Shown here: piece after piece, positions 1 to 10,849 of the stretch
How the letters are laid out: the number at the start of each line of letters is the position of its first letter
Numbering within the stretch: position 1 is the first letter of the stretch
From: an uncultured Planctomycetota bacterium
Lineage (GTDB): Bacteria > Planctomycetota > Planctomycetia > Gemmatales > Gemmataceae
DNA: 64,000 bases
Assembly (NCBI GenBank): GCA_963849325.1
Contig: CAWKHF010000009.1
Location: 256,001-320,000, forward strand
Reading direction: 5' to 3'
Notes under the pieces: generated by a model
Seen by the model: the letters and a program-made list of their open reading frames with translations, nothing else
Databases searched by the model: none
Told to the model about the DNA's origin: nothing
Translations under genes and position numbers: made by a program

Positions 1-571
1 CAAACGCGGTCTTGATCGTCACCGTCTCACCTTCGCGCAGGTCATCGAACGAAATCTTCTTGCCGTCGCGGAGGATCGACGCCTCGTCGGGCACAACGAT
101 GGTGGTTTCCGTTTGCGGTCCCTTGTCGCCAGGTCCGACCACAACCACTTCGCGGTCGGTCAGCGCCACGCGCTGGAGCGTGCCGGTCACGCCTTCGCCC
201 ACCTTGCGCGGCGTGGGCAGATCCGCCTTGGGCTGCGGCCGAGCCGGCGGCTGAGGTTGGGCCAAACCCAGGCCAAAGGTACGAATCACCTGCGCCACTG
301 CCTTGCCGTCGCGCTTCTCGAAGACGACGCGGATGCGCCGGCCGGGTGCCAGGTCGTTCAACGTCGCCGTCTGTCCACCGACGAGAACTTGTGTCTTCGG
401 CCCGACCTGGAGGTCCAGTACGCTGCCGCGCCGCGGGCCGCGCGTTTCCAGCGATAGCTCTTTTTTGTCCGGGTCGATGCGGACAATGCGGCCGCGCGCC
501 TCGTCCGCGATGGCTGCGGCGGTAAAGACCAGTCCCGTCGCCAAACCGAGGGAAATACGGAGTGCGGTCAT
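1..571 (-). CDS. Secreted hypothetical protein with repeated OB-fold/DUF5666-like beta modules (3' end beyond window)
   Basis: Own translation from ATG at 571: MTALRISLGLATGLVFTAAAIADEARGRIVRIDPDKKELSLETRG...LNDLAPGRRIRVVFE. Signal peptide plus a repeated module; frame open to the window start; not in the ORF track. Confidence 0.65.
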   Translation of the reverse strand, partial: MTALRISLGLATGLVFTAAAIADEARGRIVRIDPDKKELSLETRGPRRGSVLDLQVGPKTQVLVGGQTATLNDLAPGRRIRVVFEKRDGKAVAQVIRTFGLGLAQPQPPARPQPKADLPTPRKVGEGVTGTLQRVALTDREVVVVGPGDKGPQTETTIVVPDEASILRDGKKISFDDLREGETVTIKTAF

Positions 572-688
572 AGCAGGTTCCTCGTTCCCTGAAGATGCAC
601 CAAAAGGGATCCCTGACCGCCAGGGACCAATATCGGAGATTATACAGATTCGACCGCAAGTCCGATGCCGTCGAGCCGGCGGCCTTGC

Positions 689-717
689 TTGACGCTCTTA
701 CCCGACCTACCTAAGAT
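689..717 (+). promoter_or_regulatory. Sigma70-type promoter for the fur-family gene (probably leaderless)
   Basis: TTGACG (689-694), 17-nt spacer, TAAGAT (712-717), then ATG 7 nt later at 725 with no Shine-Dalgarno. Confidence 0.55.
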
Positions 718-724
718 GAACCCC

Positions 725-1204
725 ATGAACATGTTTCACCGCGAACCCGCTCCCGGTCCCCTGGAGGATGCGGACCTGCGCCGCGCCCTCGAACAGGCTG
801 GCTGGCGCTGCACGCGCCAGCGGGCGGCGGTGTTCGCCTACCTGCACGCCGCATCGGGCCACCCCACGGCCGAGCAGGTCTTCGCCGCCGTCCGTCGCCA
901 TCTGCCCCACATCAGCCTGGCCACGGTGTACAAGGCACTCGAAGCGCTGGTTGATGCCCGCCTGGCCAATCGCATCGCCGGGGACAGCGGCCCGACCCGC
1001 TACGACGGTCGCAGTGAACCGCACTATCACCTCCGCGGCCAGCACACCGGACAGGTCATCGACCTACCTTTACCCTACGATCCGAGCTTGCTCGACAAGC
1101 TTGATCCGCAACTGGTCGAGATGCTTCGACAGCAGGGCTTTGAGATCACCGGCCATCGTCTGGAGTTGGTCGGCCGCTTCGTCTGCCCCGATAAAATGAA
1201 CTGA
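725..1204 (+). CDS. Fur/PerR family transcriptional regulator
   Basis: RCTRQRAAV, HPTAEQVF, ISLATVYKALE, RYD...HYHL. Start could be 716, 725 or 731. Confidence 0.9.
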   Translation: MNMFHREPAPGPLEDADLRRALEQAGWRCTRQRAAVFAYLHAASGHPTAEQVFAAVRRHLPHISLATVYKALEALVDARLANRIAGDSGPTRYDGRSEPHYHLRGQHTGQVIDLPLPYDPSLLDKLDPQLVEMLRQQGFEITGHRLELVGRFVCPDKMN

Positions 1205-1241
1205 GCCGCAAGTGGCTTGACCCCTTGCGGCCCCAAGAAAG

Positions 1242-1313
1242 TTGCGGCGAGTGGACTCGAACCACTGACCTCCAGGTTATGAGCCTGGCGAGCTACCACT
1301 GCTCCACGCCGCG
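1242..1313 (-). tRNA. tRNA-Met(CAT), initiator type
   Basis: Minus strand CGCGGCGTGGAGCAGTGGTAGCTCGCCAGGCTCATAACCTGGAGGTCAGTGGTTCGAGTCCACTCGCCGCAA: CAT anticodon, GTTCGA T-loop, C1:A72 mismatch; CCA not encoded. Confidence 0.95.
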
Positions 1314-1487
1314 CCTTGTGAGAGCCGCTTCGCGATGTTGAGGATTGGTCAGCAGGGAGAAGCGGCTCTTCACTTTTATTGTACCGAGTTCGTCAAGGGG
1401 TTGTCTCGCCGGAAAATCTGCCCTTGCGGCGGAGGGCGGCCGTGAGAAAATGGCCGGTTGACTCCGCGAACCTCGAGACGCCGGAAC

Positions 1488-2648
1488 ATGACGAACCCAC
1501 CCCCCGCCCCGCGCGAGTGGATGCCGCACATCTGGGAGGGTTGCGATTTCTTCGCCTGGCTGCGCTTGATTCTCCGCAACCACCTCGCCATTTCTCCGGC
1601 GCATGCCTACGTCGCCGTCATCGTCACCTTCGTCAGCCTCGGCCATACGCTGCTGCGCTGGGTGCAGGATTCGTGGTACGGCAGCCGGATTGACCGCACG
1701 CCGATCCGCCACGATCCGCTGTTCATCATCGGCCACTGGCGCACCGGCACGACACTGCTGCACGAATTGCTCATCCTCGACGAACGGCACACCTATCCGA
1801 ACACGTACCAGTGCCTGGAGCCGAACCATTTCCTATTAACCGAGAAGTCGTTCAAGCGCTGGTTCCGTTTCCTGCTGCCGTCACATCGACCGATGGACAA
1901 CATGGCGGCCGGCTGGGAGCGGCCGCAGGAGGATGAGTTCGCCCTGTGCATGATGGGTCAGCCGTCGCCCTACTTGACGATCGCCTTTCCCAACCATCCG
2001 CCGCAGGACCGCGAAGCCCTCGACCTCGACGGCCTGCCGCCGCGGTCGCGGCGAGCGTGGAAGACGGCGTTCCTGCGCTTCTTGCGTCATCTCACGGTCA
2101 AGGACGCGCGTCGCCTGGTGCTCAAGTCGCCGACACACACCTGCCGCATTCCCGCGCTGCTCGAACTATTCCCCGATGCTCGCTTCGTCCACATTGTCCG
2201 CGATCCCTACGTCGTCTTTCCCTCGACGATCAATCTGTGGAAGTCGCTCTACCTGACGCATGGCCTGCAACGACCGAACTATGCCGGCCTGGAAGATTAT
2301 GTCTTCGACACTTTTAACCACCTCTACGCTCGCCTCGAACAGAGCAAGCCCCTGCTCGCCCCCAACCGCTTCCATGAATTACGCTACGAGGATCTGCTCG
2401 CCGATCCGATCAGTCAGATGCGGTTGCTGTACGAGCGCCTGGAACTGGGCGGCTTCGACTCCTTCTTGCCGCGTTTGCAGGACTATCTGGACGCCAACGC
2501 CGGCTACAAAACGAACCGCTATCCCGACCTCGATCCGGCGCTGCGCGTGGAGATCACGCGCCGCTGGGGCCACGTCATCCGGCAGTACGGCTATGCGAAA
2601 GAAAATGAACCACAGAAGAGCACAGATGAACACGGATCAATTCAATAA
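1488..2648 (+). CDS. Sulfotransferase family protein (Sulfotransfer_3 / Stf3-like)
   Basis: PAPS-binding motif PLFIIGHWRTGTTLLH; LVLKSPTH; FPDARFVHIVRDP; LRYEDL. Confidence 0.88.
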   Translation: MTNPPPAPREWMPHIWEGCDFFAWLRLILRNHLAISPAHAYVAVIVTFVSLGHTLLRWVQDSWYGSRIDRTPIRHDPLFIIGHWRTGTTLLHELLILDERHTYPNTYQCLEPNHFLLTEKSFKRWFRFLLPSHRPMDNMAAGWERPQEDEFALCMMGQPSPYLTIAFPNHPPQDREALDLDGLPPRSRRAWKTAFLRFLRHLTVKDARRLVLKSPTHTCRIPALLELFPDARFVHIVRDPYVVFPSTINLWKSLYLTHGLQRPNYAGLEDYVFDTFNHLYARLEQSKPLLAPNRFHELRYEDLLADPISQMRLLYERLELGGFDSFLPRLQDYLDANAGYKTNRYPDLDPALRVEITRRWGHVIRQYGYAKENEPQKSTDEHGSIQ

Positions 2649-2684
2649 ATGTTTTTATCCGTGTTCATCTGTGCTCTTCTGTGG

Positions 2685-2686
<2 letters not shown>
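2608..2686. repeat. Long inverted repeat between convergent genes (REP-like, possible bidirectional terminator)
   Basis: AACCACAGAAGAGCACAGATGAACACGGAT ... ATCCGTGTTCATCTGTGCTCTTCTGTGGTT, 30-bp arms. Confidence 0.85.
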
Positions 2687-3844
<1,158 letters not shown>

Positions 3845-3921
3845 GGCAACCCTCCCTGAAGAATGGGGCGAACCTTCATTATACCAGGCATCTGCTACTT
3901 CGGATCGCGTAGAATGGGAGC

Positions 3922-4359
3922 ATGAACCGAAAACCGCGTACACCGAAGAAGGTTCCCGCTCCGCGATGGTATCGCGGCGCCGACATCCCCATGCGCGTCA
4001 TCCGTCGCTTCGCTCGGGAGGTGGCCGAGCGCTTTCAGCCGGACAGGATTATTCTGTTCGGCTCCTATGCTTACGGTACGCCGCACGAAGACAGCGACGT
4101 GGATATTCTCGTCGTCATGCCGGCTCGTAACCAGCTCGACCAGGCGTTCAAGATCCACTGGGCGATCCGGCCGCCGTTCCCCTTGCACATCCTCGTCCGC
4201 ACGCCGGAAAACATGGCATGGCGTCTCGAAGAAGGCGACTCGTTCCTCCGGGAGATCGTGTCCAAAGGGAAAGTGCTTTATGAAGCCAACCACAAAGGAG
4301 TGGGTGCGAAAAGCCGAATCCGATTGGGTCATCGGCCGGAGCAGAACTCCTCTGCATGA
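3922..4359 (+). CDS. Minimal nucleotidyltransferase (MNT antitoxin)
   Basis: ILFGSYAYGTPHEDSDVDILV (GS-x10-DxD); GKVLYE overlaps the HEPN start; TAGAAT 6 nt upstream of the ATG. Confidence 0.88.
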   Translation: MNRKPRTPKKVPAPRWYRGADIPMRVIRRFAREVAERFQPDRIILFGSYAYGTPHEDSDVDILVVMPARNQLDQAFKIHWAIRPPFPLHILVRTPENMAWRLEEGDSFLREIVSKGKVLYEANHKGVGAKSRIRLGHRPEQNSSA

Positions 4360-4411
4360 TGGCATGTGTTTCCACGGTCAGCAGTGCGCCAAGAAATACC
4401 TCAAACCGAAG
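4280..4411 (+). pseudogene. Truncated HEPN-domain toxin
   Basis: MKPTTKEWVRKAESDW...LHDGMCFHGQQCAKKYLK matches the HEPN N-terminus (W.RKAE.D, CFH.QQ.AEKYLK); the C-terminal half is absent. Confidence 0.75.
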
Positions 4412-4417
4412 GACATC

Positions 4418-4753
4418 ATGGGGAATGGAACCTGGGTCTGTTTTGATTGCCGGGAAGCGATTCGTCGCTCCACGCAGTACGCTGCCGAAGTTCCATGCCC
4501 GGTGTGTAGACGAGCATGCAAATACCTGGGGACGAAGGTTCCGGCGCCTCCGAAGCGAAGTTCCAAGGCGTGGCGACAACTCCAAGAGTGGTTGGGCGAA
4601 CTTTCTCTTGCCGAGCGTGAACGAGCATGGCTTATGAAGGTTCGGCAGCGGCACCGATTGGAGCGGGAGATTGCACATTTGAAAGCTCAGCCGAAAAATG
4701 AGGGACGAGAGAAAAGAATTCGTCTGCTCAAAAAACAGCTGGCCACCCTTTGA
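4418..4753 (+). CDS. Small basic hypothetical protein with CxxC...CxxC Zn-ribbon-like motifs
   Basis: MGNGTWVCFDCREA...CPVCRRACKYLGTKVPAPPKR; AAGGA upstream; in frame with the HEPN remnant. Confidence 0.65.
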   Translation: MGNGTWVCFDCREAIRRSTQYAAEVPCPVCRRACKYLGTKVPAPPKRSSKAWRQLQEWLGELSLAERERAWLMKVRQRHRLEREIAHLKAQPKNEGREKRIRLLKKQLATL

Positions 4754-4827
4754 TGGTCTCATCTTCGCGCGTCATTTTATCCCACGCGGCCACCGCCGTC
4801 CACGATCCCAACTGGGAGTATTCCATC

Positions 4828-5067
4828 TTGCCGACGGTCCCCGGTATCCCTGGTCAGTACCGCTTTTTCTTTTACAGCTTCGACTGTAACGAACCGTGGC
4901 ACGTCCACGTTCAGCGCGACCGAGCCGTCTGTAAATTCTGGCTCGAACCCGTCGTTTTAGCCTAAAATAATGGCTTCTCGGCGAAGGAATTGAACCGTAT
5001 TCGGAAGATCGTCCTCGACAACTTGGCCCGCATTCGGGAGGCTTGGGATGAACACTGCGGTCAATAA
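4828..5067 (+). pseudogene. DUF4160 family (DhiT-like) toxin with in-frame TAA at 4963-4965
   Basis: MPTVPGIPGQYRFFFYSFDCNEPWHVHVQRDRAVCKFWLEPVVLA*NNGFSAKELNRIRKIVLDNLARIREAWDEHCGQ; homology continues across the stop. Confidence 0.82.
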
Positions 5068-5332
5068 TGAACCGCGCATCGTCGCCCTGGAAGTCACGGA
5101 AGACGCCTTGGTCGCCCAACTCGCCGATGGGCGAACGATCAGCGTGCCGCTCGCCTGGTCGTGGCGGTTGGCGAACGCGACGCCCGCGCAGCGCAGCCAT
5201 TTTGAGATCCTTGGAGTCGGCGAAGGGGTCCATTGGCCCGACCTCGACGAAGACATCAGTGCTCGGGGGATGTTGCAGGGGATGCCGGCGTGCCCGCCCA
5301 AGCCGGCCAAGACGAGACGCCGCCGGGACTAA
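5048..5332 (+). CDS. DUF2442 family antitoxin
   Basis: LADGRTISVPLAWSWRLANATPAQR...GEGVHWPDLDEDIS; overlaps the DUF4160 gene. Confidence 0.9.
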   Translation: MNTAVNNEPRIVALEVTEDALVAQLADGRTISVPLAWSWRLANATPAQRSHFEILGVGEGVHWPDLDEDISARGMLQGMPACPPKPAKTRRRRD

Positions 5333-5345
5333 CCAATGCCGCGCC

Positions 5346-6118
5346 TCAGCCCACGCGGCCGCCACCGTCCACGATCAACACCTGTCCCGTCACGTATGCC
5401 GCCGCGTCGCACGCCAGGAACACGACCGCGCCGGCGACATCGTCGGGTTGTCCGTGCCGGCCGAGCGGCGTCTGCCGCATGATCCGCTCATACGCCTCGC
5501 GGTCCTGGAACAGCGCCGCCGAGAAGCGCGTCTCGATCAGTCCCGGCGCCACGGCGTTGACGCGGACGCCGCCCGGTCCCAGCTCCTTCGCCAAGGCTCG
5601 CATCAGGCCGAGCAGCCCCGCCTTGCTGACGCTGTAGGCGCCCAGTCCCGGTAATGGATCAATGCCGGCGATCGAGGCCATGAACACGATCGCGCCGCGC
5701 CGCGCGCGAACATGCCCCGCACCGCCGCCTGCGCCGTCAACAGCGCCCCCGTCAGGTTCACGTCAAGGATCTTGCGCCAGGCGTCGAGGTCCGTATCCAG
5801 CAGCGGCCCGAGGACGGGGTTGGTTGCGGCGTTAATGACGACAATGTCGAGAGGAAAATTCGCTCGATCGAGTTTCTCGAACAGCTGCGCGATAGCGTTC
5901 GGATCGCCCTGGTGGCAGACGAAGGGATACACGTCGGCGCCGCCGGCCCGGAGTTGGTCGGCGGCGAGGGCGAGGTTGTCGGCCTTGCGGCTGGTGATGG
6001 CGACGGCGGCGCCGCGCCGGGCCAGTGCCTCGGCCACGGCCAGGCCGATGCCCCGGCTGGCGCCGCTGACCAGGGCGCGACGGCCCGTCAGGTCGAACGG
6101 ATCGCTTGCCGGGGACAT
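5346..6118 (-). CDS. Short-chain dehydrogenase/reductase, frameshift near 5700
   Basis: SGASRGIG, INAA, YSVSK (YxxxK), RVNAVAPG, TGQVLIVDGG. Confidence 0.92.
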
Positions 6119-6136
6119 GGTTCCCTCCAATCGCCG

Positions 6137-6195
6137 TCCGAGCCGCGAGCGTCAGCGAGCGGACTTGCCCCGCTCGCTGACGCTCGCGGCTCGGA
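6137..6195. repeat. REP-like palindrome
   Basis: TCCGAGCCGCGAGCGTCAGCGAGCGG-7 nt-CCGCTCGCTGACGCTCGCGGCTCGGA, perfect 26-bp arms. Confidence 0.85.
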
Positions 6196-6207
6196 TGCAG
6201 CGCGTCC

Positions 6208-7779
6208 TCATCCACCGGTCGTCTCGGCCGGGTCCTTGCCGTCCGTCCACGGACCTTCCAGCTTCTGATAGTCCGGCGGCTGCAGGGTGCTGCCCTTGTC
6301 GCCGCCTTTCCAGCCGAGGATGTGGCTGGGTTTGCCGCGCTTCTTGCTCCGCGCCTCCCAGCTGCGGGCCCAGCCTGGATCGACGTCCCGCGTCTTGCGC
6401 TGCTCCTTGTCCCAGAACAGCACCTTGCCGTGACGGTAGCTGAGTACGCCCATGTTGACCGTGGTGAACGCCGCCGCTCCTAGCTCCGGCGTGCTCAGCG
6501 TCTCGCGGTTGCGCGAACGCACGCACTCCAGGAAGTTCTCGTACAGCGAATAGGTGGCGTTATGTTCCGGCTCCTTCCGTTTCTTCTTTTCCTCCTCTTC
6601 CTTCCACCGAGGATTGTCGAAGGCGTGGACCGGCTTTCCGAAGCCATCCTTCGGCTTGGCCGGGCCGCCGGCGAACTGCTGGGCGTACACCTCAAAGCCC
6701 TGGACGTAATCGCCGCGGCCGATGAATTGGATGGTTCCCAGCCGGCCGCGGATCACCTCGCCCAACTGCGTGTCGTTGCACATTGTCGCCGAGATGAGGA
6801 CCTGGCAGCCCTCGTCGTAGTCGGCGACGACCGTGGCCACGTCCGGCACGTCCCGATTGTCGTACTCCAGGTAAATGCCGCCGCCGCCGACCACACGAGC
6901 CGGATAGCGCACGCCCATCGCCGAGATCAGGTGCGTCGTCTGATGCACGAACAGGTCGGTGAACATGCCGCCGCCGAACGGCCAATAGCAGCGCCACTGC
7001 GCCCACACGGCCCGGTCGAACGGCACCTTTTCCGGCGGCGGGCCGAGCTTGACGCCATTGACGTCGAACTGGTAGCCCAGCCACATCTTCCAGTCGATCG
7101 TTTTGGGCGTCATGTCCTTCTTGAGCGGATAGTAGCGCCACTGTCCGCCGATGTAGTTGCGATAGTAGCTGGTCTGTCCTTGCAGCACCTTGCCGATGTT
7201 GCCTTCGCGGATGTAGTTGTGGGCCTCGCGCCAGGTGGGGTCGGCCATCGACTGCACGCCGACGGTCATGACGCGATTGTGCTTCTGGGCGGCGTCCACG
7301 ACGGCCTGCGCCTCGGCGATGGTGCGCGTCATCGGCTTCTCGCAGTAGACGTCCTTGCCGGCCGCCAGGGCGTCGATGCTCATGCGCGCGTGCCAGTGGT
7401 CCGGTGTGGCGATGGCGACGACGTCCACGTCTTTCTGATCGAGGATCTTGCGATAGTCCTTGGTGACGTGGTCCTTGTCTTCCTTGATGCCGCAGCGATT
7501 GGCCGACGGGTACAGGCCGCGGCCCTTCTTGCTGCCCAGTTCGGGATCACCGTCCCAGACGTCGCAGACGGCGACCGGCGTAACGGCCTTGCCTTCCTTC
7601 TGCATTTGCAGGATGACGTCGATGTGCTGCTGGCAGCGGCCACCGACGCCGAGGAAGCCGAGGCGCAACTTGTCGTTGGCCCCGACCACCTTGGCATACG
7701 ACGACGCCGTCAGCGCCAGCGCCGAGGCGCTCGCGGCCGTCGTTTTGAGGAAATCACGACGATTCTTCTTGGTGGACAT
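6208..7779 (-). CDS. Gfo/Idh/MocA oxidoreductase with Tat signal
   Basis: NRRDFLK twin-Arg signal; GVGGRC; IATPDHWH; YCEKP. Confidence 0.92.
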   Translation of the reverse strand: MSTKKNRRDFLKTTAASASALALTASSYAKVVGANDKLRLGFLGVGGRCQQHIDVILQMQKEGKAVTPVAVCDVWDGDPELGSKKGRGLYPSANRCGIKEDKDHVTKDYRKILDQKDVDVVAIATPDHWHARMSIDALAAGKDVYCEKPMTRTIAEAQAVVDAAQKHNRVMTVGVQSMADPTWREAHNYIREGNIGKVLQGQTSYYRNYIGGQWRYYPLKKDMTPKTIDWKMWLGYQFDVNGVKLGPPPEKVPFDRAVWAQWRCYWPFGGGMFTDLFVHQTTHLISAMGVRYPARVVGGGGIYLEYDNRDVPDVATVVADYDEGCQVLISATMCNDTQLGEVIRGRLGTIQFIGRGDYVQGFEVYAQQFAGGPAKPKDGFGKPVHAFDNPRWKEEEEKKKRKEPEHNATYSLYENFLECVRSRNRETLSTPELGAAAFTTVNMGVLSYRHGKVLFWDKEQRKTRDVDPGWARSWEARSKKRGKPSHILGWKGGDKGSTLQPPDYQKLEGPWTDGKDPAETTGG

Positions 7780-7804
7780 AAAGCAACCCTCCCTTTCCTC
7801 ATCA

Positions 7805-7862
7805 AGTTCGGAGTTCGGAGTTTGGAGTTCTGTATTTACTCAGAATTCCAAACTCCGAACTC
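7805..7862. repeat. Inverted array of 7-nt repeats (GGAGTTC/GAACTCC)
   Basis: GAGTTCGGAGTTTGGAGTTCTG ... CAGAATTCCAAACTCCGAACTC. Confidence 0.7.
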
Positions 7863-7864
7863 GG

Positions 7865-8605
7865 TTAGTTCTTGTGTTGTTTCAGCAGCCACTCATACAG
7901 CTCGTCCGTGTCGTAAGCGCGGTCCCAGCTGTTGTGACCGACGCCCGGATATTCGGTATATTTCGCTTGGCCGCCAGCCTTTTTGATGGCCTCGGTCATC
8001 TTGCGCGATGCCTCGACCGTGGCGGCCCGGTCGGCGTCGCCGCAAAAGCACCAGCAGGGGATATCCTTGATCTTGTTGGCCTGGGCCGGATCGCTTCGGC
8101 CGCAAATCGGCACGATCGCCGCCCACTTGTCCGGCTGGGCGAGGGCCAGGCCCCAGGTGCCGGCGCCACCCATCGACAGGCCGGTCAGATAGATACGTTT
8201 CGGATCGACCTTGTATTCCTTCTCGACCTCGGTCAGGATGTCCAGCGCCCGTTTAGCGTCGGGCGAGTCCGCCTTCCAGGTCTTCTCTGCCTGCGGGATG
8301 ATGACCAGGCAAGGGAAGGTCTTTTCGCGCTTCCGAATCGCCGGCCCGATGCCCACCTCGACGGGCTGCTTCTCGCCGCCCTTCCGCTCGCCGGCGCCGT
8401 GCAGGAACAGGATCAACGGAGAGGGCTTGTCGCCCTTGTAGCCGTGCGGCACGAACAGGACGTATTTGAACTCCTTGCCGTCGGTGTCCTTGTGAACGCG
8501 GTGGAGAAAGCCCCGCGAGGGTTCGGCGGCGCAGGAGCGCGCCGGCGACAGGGACAGCACGGACACGGCAACCCCAACCAGGGCCAGCCGGCACACAGCG
8601 ATCAT
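7865..8605 (-). CDS. Secreted alpha/beta hydrolase (predicted peptidase/esterase)
   Basis: Signal peptide; PLILFLHGAGE; RIYLTGLSMGG (GxSxG); GDAD; GVGHNSW. Confidence 0.85.
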   Translation of the reverse strand: MIAVCRLALVGVAVSVLSLSPARSCAAEPSRGFLHRVHKDTDGKEFKYVLFVPHGYKGDKPSPLILFLHGAGERKGGEKQPVEVGIGPAIRKREKTFPCLVIIPQAEKTWKADSPDAKRALDILTEVEKEYKVDPKRIYLTGLSMGGAGTWGLALAQPDKWAAIVPICGRSDPAQANKIKDIPCWCFCGDADRAATVEASRKMTEAIKKAGGQAKYTEYPGVGHNSWDRAYDTDELYEWLLKQHKN

Positions 8606-8862
8606 GGTACGGTCCTCCGGATAAAGGGAACAATCCAGCGGACGATGCTTGGGCGGAGATCGTACCGTATCACACGGCGAGCGCTTCCGCCACCGACACG
8701 CGAAAAAAAAGAGGGAAGAAGGCGCCGAAGACGGGGGCCAAATCCGACGCGGGCCGCCAGATGGGATCAAGAGGCGCCCGCGGGTGTGCCGATCTACCCT
8801 GGGCATTGCCTTCGCGGTCGAGCGGTCGATACTCTGCCTGGCGGTCAACACCCTGAACGCGC

Positions 8863-9570
8863 ATGTCACGACGCTCTCCCCTGGTTGCGGTCATGCTGAT
8901 TGCCCTGAGTTGCACGGGCAGGGGAATGGGCCGACCGCGCGCCGCGGAGACGGCCGGCTGGCTGCTCGGCTCCGGCGCCTGCCCGGAAGATCCGTGCGCC
9001 GGGCGAGAACCTTACCTGCCCCAACCGGGAGATCTTGTCTTCTATTCCCACGACAAGTTGCGTTCGCGTTGCCTGTACGCGCTGGCCCACACCGGCAAAC
9101 CTTACCACGTCGGCATCGTCGTCAACCTGCTCGATGGCCGGCCCGCCATCCTCGAAGCCGGCCCGTATGACCTTGTCAACGTCTACCTGATGGACCTGCG
9201 GCCGCGTCTGCGGACGCACGAAGGGCCGCTGTGGATACGCCGACGCTGCATGCCCCTGACGCCGGAACAATCGGCGCGCCTGACGCACTTCGCCCTGGCG
9301 CAGACCGGCAAGGGCTTCGCGCTGTTCCGCATCATGTTGGAGGCGACGCCGTTCCGCGCCCACGGCAGCCAACGTTTCGGCAGCGCTCGGGTCGATCGCC
9401 GTTGTTGGTTCTGCTCGGAGCTGGCGATCGCCGCCCTGGCCATCGCCGGCGTGGTTGATCCCCAGGTGATCAAGCCCAACACCGTCTACCCGCGCGACCT
9501 GTTTTGCGATCAGCCGTTCGACCTCAAGCCATGCTGGGAGGAGCCGCGCCGCTGGGTTTGCGATCCGTGA
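8863..9570 (+). CDS. Permuted NlpC/P60 (YiiX/YebB-like) cysteine hydrolase, exported
   Basis: PQPGDLVF, YHVGIV (His first), later WFCSEL (Cys), TVYPRDL. Confidence 0.7.
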   Translation: MSRRSPLVAVMLIALSCTGRGMGRPRAAETAGWLLGSGACPEDPCAGREPYLPQPGDLVFYSHDKLRSRCLYALAHTGKPYHVGIVVNLLDGRPAILEAGPYDLVNVYLMDLRPRLRTHEGPLWIRRRCMPLTPEQSARLTHFALAQTGKGFALFRIMLEATPFRAHGSQRFGSARVDRRCWFCSELAIAALAIAGVVDPQVIKPNTVYPRDLFCDQPFDLKPCWEEPRRWVCDP

Positions 9571-9788
9571 GTAGACCCCGCGAGCCGAACAGGGCGGTCC
9601 CCAGGGATCGCGAAACTTCGCCCTCTTTCGCCAGAAGGCAGCGCCGGCGCGACACCCACCCTCTGTCCCGGTTTTTTTGCGAATTCGCCGCGTACCCGGA
9701 GGCATTCCTTAATATACTTGGAGCATGGCCGCGGCGGGTCGTGCACGCCCGGGCGCGGCCGGGTGTGCCATTATTGTCCGGGTGACCC

Positions 9789-10791
9789 ATGAGTAGTTCC
9801 CTCGGTGTCGTGCTGCTGGGGACCGGCAGTAGTTTGCCCGCGCGCGTGCTGCGCAACTGCGATTTCCCCGCCAGCCTGGACACCTCCGACGAATGGATCC
9901 GCTCGCGCACCGGCATCCAGGAGCGCCGCATCGCCAACGCCGGCGAGACCACGGCCAGCCTCGAGCCTGGCGGCGGCCCGCCGCGCCCTGGAAGCCGCCG
10001 GCCTCGGTCCCGCCGACGTGGACCTGATCATCTGCGCCACCGTCACGCCCGACATGATGGTTCCGGCCACCGCCTGTCTCATTCAGGCCGGCCTCGGCTG
10101 TCCGCCCATCCCCGCCTTCGACCTCAACGCCGCCTGCACCGGCTTTCTCTACGGCCTGTCCGTGGCCTCGCAGTTTCTCCGTACCGGCGCCTGCCGGCAC
10201 GTCCTCGTCGTCGGCAGCGAGACGCTCAGCCGCGTCGTCGATTTCAGCGACCGTTCGACCTGCGTGCTGTTCGGCGACGGCGCCGGCGCCGTCGTGCTCG
10301 GCGCCGCCGAGGGATCGCGGCGCGGCCAACACTCGTTCCGCCTGCACGCCGACGGCGGCCGCGGCGACCTGATCCGTCTCAACGGCGTGCGCCTGCGCGC
10401 GCCGGCCTCCTCGCCGGCCGACCCGCGTGTGTCGGATGAATTCGATTATCTGCGCATGAATGGACGCGAGGTGTTCAAGTTCGCCGTGCGGACCATTGTC
10501 GAGCTGATCGGCGAGAGCCTGGCCGAGTGCGGCCTGGCGCCGGCCGACATCGACCTGGTGATTCCGCACCAGGTCAATCAGCGTATCATCGACGCCGCCT
10601 TCGCCGACCTGAATTTCCCCACGGAAAAGTTGATGGTGAACCTCGACCGCTACGGCAACACCTCGGCGGCATCGATCCCGATTGCCCTGGATGAAGCGGT
10701 GCGGACGAAGCGCATCGGACCGGGCGACCGTGTACTCTTGATCGCCTTCGGTGGCGGTCTGACCTGGGGCGGCGGCGTGTGGACGCTGTGA
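9789..10791 (+). CDS. fabH: 3-oxoacyl-ACP synthase III, frameshift near 9960
   Basis: [55 protein letters not shown]. Confidence 0.93.
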
Positions 10792-10793
10792 AA

Positions 10794-10849
10794 ACAAGTC
10801 CGGCAGCGCCAGCGACGGTTGTTACCCGCCGCTGGCGCTCCGGACTTGT
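10794..10849. repeat. REP-like palindrome (second copy at 54928-54984)
   Basis: ACAAGTCCGGCAGCGCCAGCGACGG...CCGCCGCTGGCGCTCCGGACTTGT. Confidence 0.75.

Noticed and set aside
1242-1313. Initiator tRNA with A-U instead of the first of three G-C anticodon-stem pairs; tRNA as an integration site
   Set aside because: This variant occurs in other bacterial initiator tRNAs, and I saw no integrase or duplicated tRNA 3' end in the window.
4963-4965. Stop-codon readthrough or recoding in the DUF4160 gene
   Set aside because: TAA is used as a normal stop in many genes here; a nonsense mutation or base error is simpler.
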